Source of the DNA: Podarcis muralis
Taxonomy: Eukaryota
Direction of reading: 5' to 3'
Length of the DNA: 64,000 bases
NCBI RefSeq assembly: GCF_964188315.1
Contig: NC_135661.1
Location: 58,528,001-58,592,000, forward strand
Shown here one piece after another: positions 58,633 to 64,000 of the stretch. The translations under genes were made by a program, and so were the position numbers. Numbering within the stretch: position 1 is the first letter of the stretch; each line of letters begins with the position of its first letter. Under the pieces are notes generated by a model, which worked only from the letters and a program-made list of their open reading frames with translations, did not search any database and was not told the DNA's origin.

Positions 58633-60331
58633 TATAGCAGTGGCTGGATTCAAAGCAGGAAATTCTGACTCATTTCTCTCTTCCTCACTGCAGTAGTCAC
58701 TGCCGATGGAAATGTTAAAGATATACGCCTCCCTTTTTTACTTTGTTGCTAATTATGGGCGCTGTTGTCTGCTGCTTTTGTATGGCCCTGATTACATGTG
58801 GATTAATGCTAATCATTTTGGATACTGGGCATCACCTCTGCAAATCGGGTATTTGCACCCAACAGGGTGCAAATTGGTCCAGGGTGGGCATTTTCAGGAG
58901 TGGTTGGATCATCACTTCTTTCAAGTGTGCCGGAATCAGTCCCTCTCGCAAAGATGTGTTGGCCACACCCTGTCATATCCCATCAACGTGGTTTAATAAG
59001 CCCAGAGGTGCAAGGGTGAAGGGAGCATGTCATTGGACACATCATTGGAAGCACCAGGTGCACATCATCAGGCTGCATAAACTGAATCTGCAGATATTGT
59101 GATGGACACGGCACTGGAGGAAACTGCAATAAATGTGGCATTGAGATTTCTTTTCGGTTTTGATCATTATTGATCATTATTTTGCAACAATTTGGGACCC
59201 ACAATCCCAAACAAGACAGTATCAAATGAATAATAGTATCAAATGAATAGTAAGTTTGCAAAAATTTGATACTATGCCTTTTCCTGTGGCATTAAGATTT
59301 CTAGGGAGGCAAGTGACTTTATCCTCAAAGTGCTTTGCAAACCGGTCACCATGGGCTTCCAAAGGGTCTAAAACCTCCTTCTTTTCATCCAGCTGTCCAT
59401 CAAGAGCATTGGACAGCAGACTGAGTTGGCCTCCTAGTCAGTCTTTCCCACTTGGTGAAATGTACTGTATTTCTATTTAAATTATATAAACTGTTTCTAA
59501 ATTTACACATAAAATAGCATATGGGAATTTTATGCAAACAAGGGTCTGCCATCTTTTTTGATGAAGCATTTTCTCTTTTTTTCGTGATGCCCATCAGTTT
59601 TTAGGATGGGAAGGTAGCCATCTTCCGTACTAGGGAGGAAGCCCCACTGAACACAGTGAAACTTACGTCTGAGTAAACATGATTTAGGGTAGCACTGTAA
59701 GGCCACAGGCAGACAATGGTTCTTCAGAGAGGTGCTTCCCATGGTTTACACACATTTCCCTTATCCCTCTGCCACCTCTCATCAAACAGGTTTTGTGGAG
59801 TTTTGAAGCAATTCCAAACCTGCTAGACTCTACAGAGAAATGTACACACCACAATCAACAATGACTCTTTCAGCTCTTTGGAAACAAGCGTCTTTCTCCA
59901 GGCTTCAGTTTTCTTCTTTGGTTTTCTCTACAAGACACGGACAGAGAAGCAAATGAGCAAAAGTAATGGTAGTTGGAAAAACTCACCCATGCCATATGAA
60001 TCAGCATACTGCTACTTGTGGTTCATTTTCTGAATTGAGGGCTTGTGGGGGGTGGGGAATGAAAGGCACCTGGATCCTTCAAATGTCATAACAACTGCAG
60101 ATTCGTAAATAAAAACCTGAGAATCTGGGGAAGGCTTTGTGCAGCAGTGAGTGTTTGTATCTGGACACAGCCTGTTCCCTTCCATGTCATACATTCTGTA
60201 TAGAAATTTGCCGTGCTGTTCTCTAGGCCAGCGTTTTCCTGTCTATATATCTCCCAGATGTTCGCCTTCTGATCCTGCCTGCCTGCCTGTGTATGTATTG
60301 TTTCCATGACTCTTGCCTTGGGTGTTTCTAT

Positions 60332-60334
<3 letters not shown>

Positions 60335-60382
<48 letters not shown>

Positions 60383-60407
60383 CTCTCTCTCTCTCTGTCT
60401 CTCTCTC
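60335..60407. repeat. (TG)n followed by a (CT)n microsatellite
   Basis: About 22 TG units at 60335-60378, then an imperfect CT tract. Confidence 0.95.
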
Positions 60408-61575
60408 CAAGGCTCTGGCTCTGTGTGTGGGCCTCCCACCCAGATGCCCAAAGCCTCCTGGATCATCCACGGTCTCCTGGGGTGGGGGTAGGGGGTGGGG
60501 AGCGGATGAGTGATATGACTCAGTACAGCCCTTGTTCTTATAATTTCAGGGTGTGGCACCATTTGCTCTCTTTGTTCTCATACAGGGTTTTTTGTTTTGT
60601 TTTTTTGTCTTGGCATCAGAGGGATTTTTGCTGTGCAATCATCCAACATCCGCTCTGCTGACTGGGGAGGAAGCAACGGGGAATGGAAGAGCTCTGGCTG
60701 AGCTTGCTCCAGGCTCATTCGTTTTGCCACTTGTGCTTCTCCCTCTCTGGACACATCTACGGAGACTGAGGCTGCTCAATGCCCTGTTCTGTAGTTTGGC
60801 TTGCATACTTCCCTCCCTTCCCCTGTTCCTCTCCTCTATTCATGCCCCCTCCAGCGGTGAGGCAGGCCAGCCCTGCTTCCTGGCTTCCCATCCAAAAGAT
60901 CCTCCTCCCACATCTGGGATGTGAACTTGTTGCTCAGACTGCCTGTTAAGCTTCCTTGTGATGTTTAGTGGCTCCTGAAGCATTTCCTAACTTGTACCTG
61001 CCTTGGGGATCAACCCGGGAGGCCTTTTGGAAGAAAGGCAGCTGTCTTCCAGAGGGTGCAACCTTTTGGGACACCCCATCTTGAGGAGTCCTACCCCAGG
61101 GAGATCTGCCATGCATTGCCCCTGTTCTGTATTCAGTGTCTGGTGACACCTTGCTCAGTTGCCCTTTTAGGATTATTGGTCTGAATCTGATTGGGTCTTA
61201 TGCTGGCATTTTATCCTGCTCCCCTGTGGTTTGTCTTACAGTGTACTATTTTATTGTTTTCTCCTGTAAGACGGTTTTGAGAGCCTCGGCTGTGGGTTGG
61301 CCAGTGCAAGATTTAAATAACAAATATCACTGGGACATCACAGCAGACATTGTAAGAGGTGGAGTTGGGTGTGCTGTGGCGGCTGTGGCAGGGGATGGTT
61401 ATAGTAAAATATGCAGGGATGTATGATATGTAAAATGAACCATGGATAGAGAAGGAAAGTCATTGACTATTTAAAGTTTGTAATATGTTAATTTGAAATT
61501 GTAAAACAGAAAATTTGATTAAAATTATTACAGAAAAAAGATGGAAGTTAATGTGCCAAGGTGAACTATCTTGAG

Positions 61576-61711
61576 CAGTGATGGCCAAACTTGGCCCTCT
61601 GGCTGTTTTGGGACTACAATTCCCATCATCCCTGACCACTGGTCCTGTTAGCTAGGGATGATGGGAGTTGTAGTACCAAAACAGCTGGAGGGCCAAGTTT
61701 GGCCATCACTG
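61576..61711. mobile_element. hAT-type MITE
   Basis: TIRs CAGTGATGGCCAAACTTGGCCCTC / GAGGGCCAAGTTTGGCCATCACTG. TSD ATCTTGAG / ATCTTGGG. Confidence 0.9.
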
Positions 61712-62928
61712 ATCTTGGGCCTTTGCTAGCTGGAGAAAAGTTTGAGGGCTCATCCAAACTCAATCTTTACTGCTGAATTGGACCAAATGTCAGTTGGGTT
61801 TCCTGTAGATTTACGTTTGCTCTGATTCAGCACTAATGAGCGGGTTTTCCAGGGGGAAGTTGTGGGGCAAACAAAACTGCTTGGACACGTGCCTAGAAAG
61901 CATGGAACAAGCAGAAAGCCACTCAGAGCCGTGCTTTTTAGGCACGGGACGAGCAGATGCGTGCTAAGTCCATTTGGATTGGTCCAAGGCCTGAAATGCC
62001 TTTTCACTGGCAGGGTTATGTTCTTTTCTGGGGGGAAAAAAATTTACCCCAGAGAATTTTTAGAAAGTGGAACAAGGGTAAGGGACAAGTAAGGGTGATT
62101 GTGTATGGACAGCGGCCCAGAATTCTCTAGCCAATGTGCTACAGTGTGTGCTTAGATTTACAGGCATGATTCCTTCCTGCTAACGCTGAAATACTCCAGA
62201 GAACTACAAATCTATAAATGGGATCTGCTGGTTCTAAGCATACATGTAAATATACGTGTTCAGTCTGACTAGCAACAACAAAGTTCTGGCAAGGACAAGA
62301 AACTAAACTCAGCTTCCCAGAGCCTGTTATGAATAAGCTACTCTCCCCTCCCAGGGGCACCTGCTGCCCCGTCCCACCCCCACCCCCTCCTCCTTTCCTA
62401 GAGCTGGATAAATATAGTCACAGTTTGCAAGCACACTGGGGGGAAAATATATATATATAATGGGCCATGCAAATAAGTGGGTAAATATGAGGTTGTAGGC
62501 TCTGTCTCTAACCAGACAGGAGCTGTGATTTAATGTACACTCAGTTGGCAGTAAGCCCCACTGAACACAATGGAACGTACTTCAGAGTAAGGTGGCAGAG
62601 GGTTGAGGTGAACAGCATTGAAGTGTGGCCTGAAGCTAAAGAGCCGTAGTTCAGGGAAGAGCATCAGCTTTACATTCAGAAAGTCTTGCGCTCAATCTCT
62701 GGCATCTCCAAGTAGGACTGGGAATGTCTCTTGCCTAAAATCCCAGGGAGTCACTGCCAGTCAGTGTAGACAATATAGATCTAGATGGACAGCTAGATGG
62801 AGTGCCAATTTAAATGCTCCCACACCTGAGGAAGAAAGCTAGCACAGTAAAAAGGAGTTTCCAGCTCCCCATCTATCCACTAGGCTTATTTCCTACTTTG
62901 CCAGGAGATGTTTCGTGTACCTGTCTTT

Positions 62929-63176
62929 TAGAAGAAGAAGAGTTTGGATTTGATATCCCGCCTTTCACTCCCCTTCAGGAGTCTCAAAGCGGCTAACATT
63001 CTCCTTTCCCTTCATCCCCTGCAACAAACACTCTGTGAGGTGAGTGGGGCTAAGAGACTTCAGAGAAGTGTGACTGGCCCAAGGTCACCCAGCAGCTGCA
63101 TGTGGAGGAGCGGAGACGAGAACCCGGTTCCCCAGATTACAAGAGTACCGCTCTTAACCACTACACCACACTGGCT
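62929..63176 (-). mobile_element. tRNA-derived CORE-type SINE, near full length
   Basis: Reverse strand AGCCAGTGTGGTGTAGTGGTTAAGAGCGG...CCGGGTTC...GGTGACCTTGGGCCAGTCAC core, ending in a (TTC)n tail. Confidence 0.8.
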
Positions 63177-64000
63177 CAGTGGGGGGACATTAAAAATTAC
63201 ACCCTACGCCTCCCATTTGGATGTATTTCCTCCTGGCTTTGCAACACATGTACATATAACCAAAGAGAGATTTGAACATATGTCAACCACCATGAAGGTC
63301 TATGTCATCAGTTCAGGGTTGCTGGGTTGTTGTTTTTTTTTGGCTACTGATGAGCACAGTAACCCTCTTGGAAACTACTCAGAAGAGAGCTCACATCAGG
63401 GTTCCTACAAAGCTGGAATGACAGCGCTCCCTATGCTTGCTGTGTCATGACTGAGGCTTTTACCATGAAGCCAAAGAACTGAGTCCTGGATTCTGCAGAA
63501 AGTTGCAAGCCTTTAGATACCGTGGCTGAATGTTGGAGGGGAGGAGTCTGACATTATGTCTTTCCCAGCCTCATTACTTCCAGAGTCATCCATCTGCAAG
63601 CTTGTGTGTGTTTATATGAGATGGGTATTATTTTCTTCTTCAGTTGCCTTTGATTTCAGGTTATTTGCAGCACTGGGGGATTAAAATGCAGATTTAAAAT
63701 AACACAGATCCAGAGTCTGACTGCTTCAAGAGAGACGAAGGGCTGCTTAAGGCAATGCCACAGACTAGACTTTGGGGAAGCATATTTTCCCCCCAGGGGG
63801 TGCTGGGCGGGCGCAACCCCTCATTGATCATGAAGCTCTTCTCTTGCGGTGTGAAGTGCCACCATTTATTCTGTAAGAAGTGGCTCATCCATAGTTTCTG
63901 TTCTTTGTTCAGAGAAGCCCAGAGTCAAGGACTCCTCTGGTCTTAGTGGGCCCCCATGCTTCAGTTCCTTCCTGACCGGCTTGCACAGTTGGCTTCCTCA

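Noticed and set aside
60086-60661. ORFs with HTHTHT / CVCVCV runs
   Set aside because: Translations of the (TG)n microsatellite.

Overview
Vertebrate genomic DNA, inferred to be a squamate and probably a lacertid lizard from its repeat content (Sauria SINE, Bov-B, L2 and CR1 tails). It carries the conserved gene block ZBTB8A(+) / ZBTB8OS-archease(-) / RBBP4(+) / SYNC(-). I reconstructed their coding exons by hand from splice sites and reading frame, except the first SYNC exon, which is unresolved. Between ZBTB8A and ZBTB8OS lies an intact four-exon ferritin gene (12750-15890, 176 aa) that the ORF track misses because every exon is under 60 codons. Its protein keeps the fold and pore-gate residues but has lost the ferroxidase ligands (E61K, E62K, H65Y) and most nucleation acids. 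Its three-fold iron-entry channel is charge-reversed (D131H, E134K), the NCOA4-contact Arg is a His, and I found no IRE. It is a candidate iron-independent ferritin cage subunit. The rest of the window is rich in MITEs (hAT type with 8-bp TSDs; Tc1/mariner type with TA TSDs), SINEs, and truncated L1, L2, CR1 and Bov-B, including several nested insertions. All comparisons to human proteins and repeat consensi are from recalled sequences and need confirming by alignment; no database searches were run.
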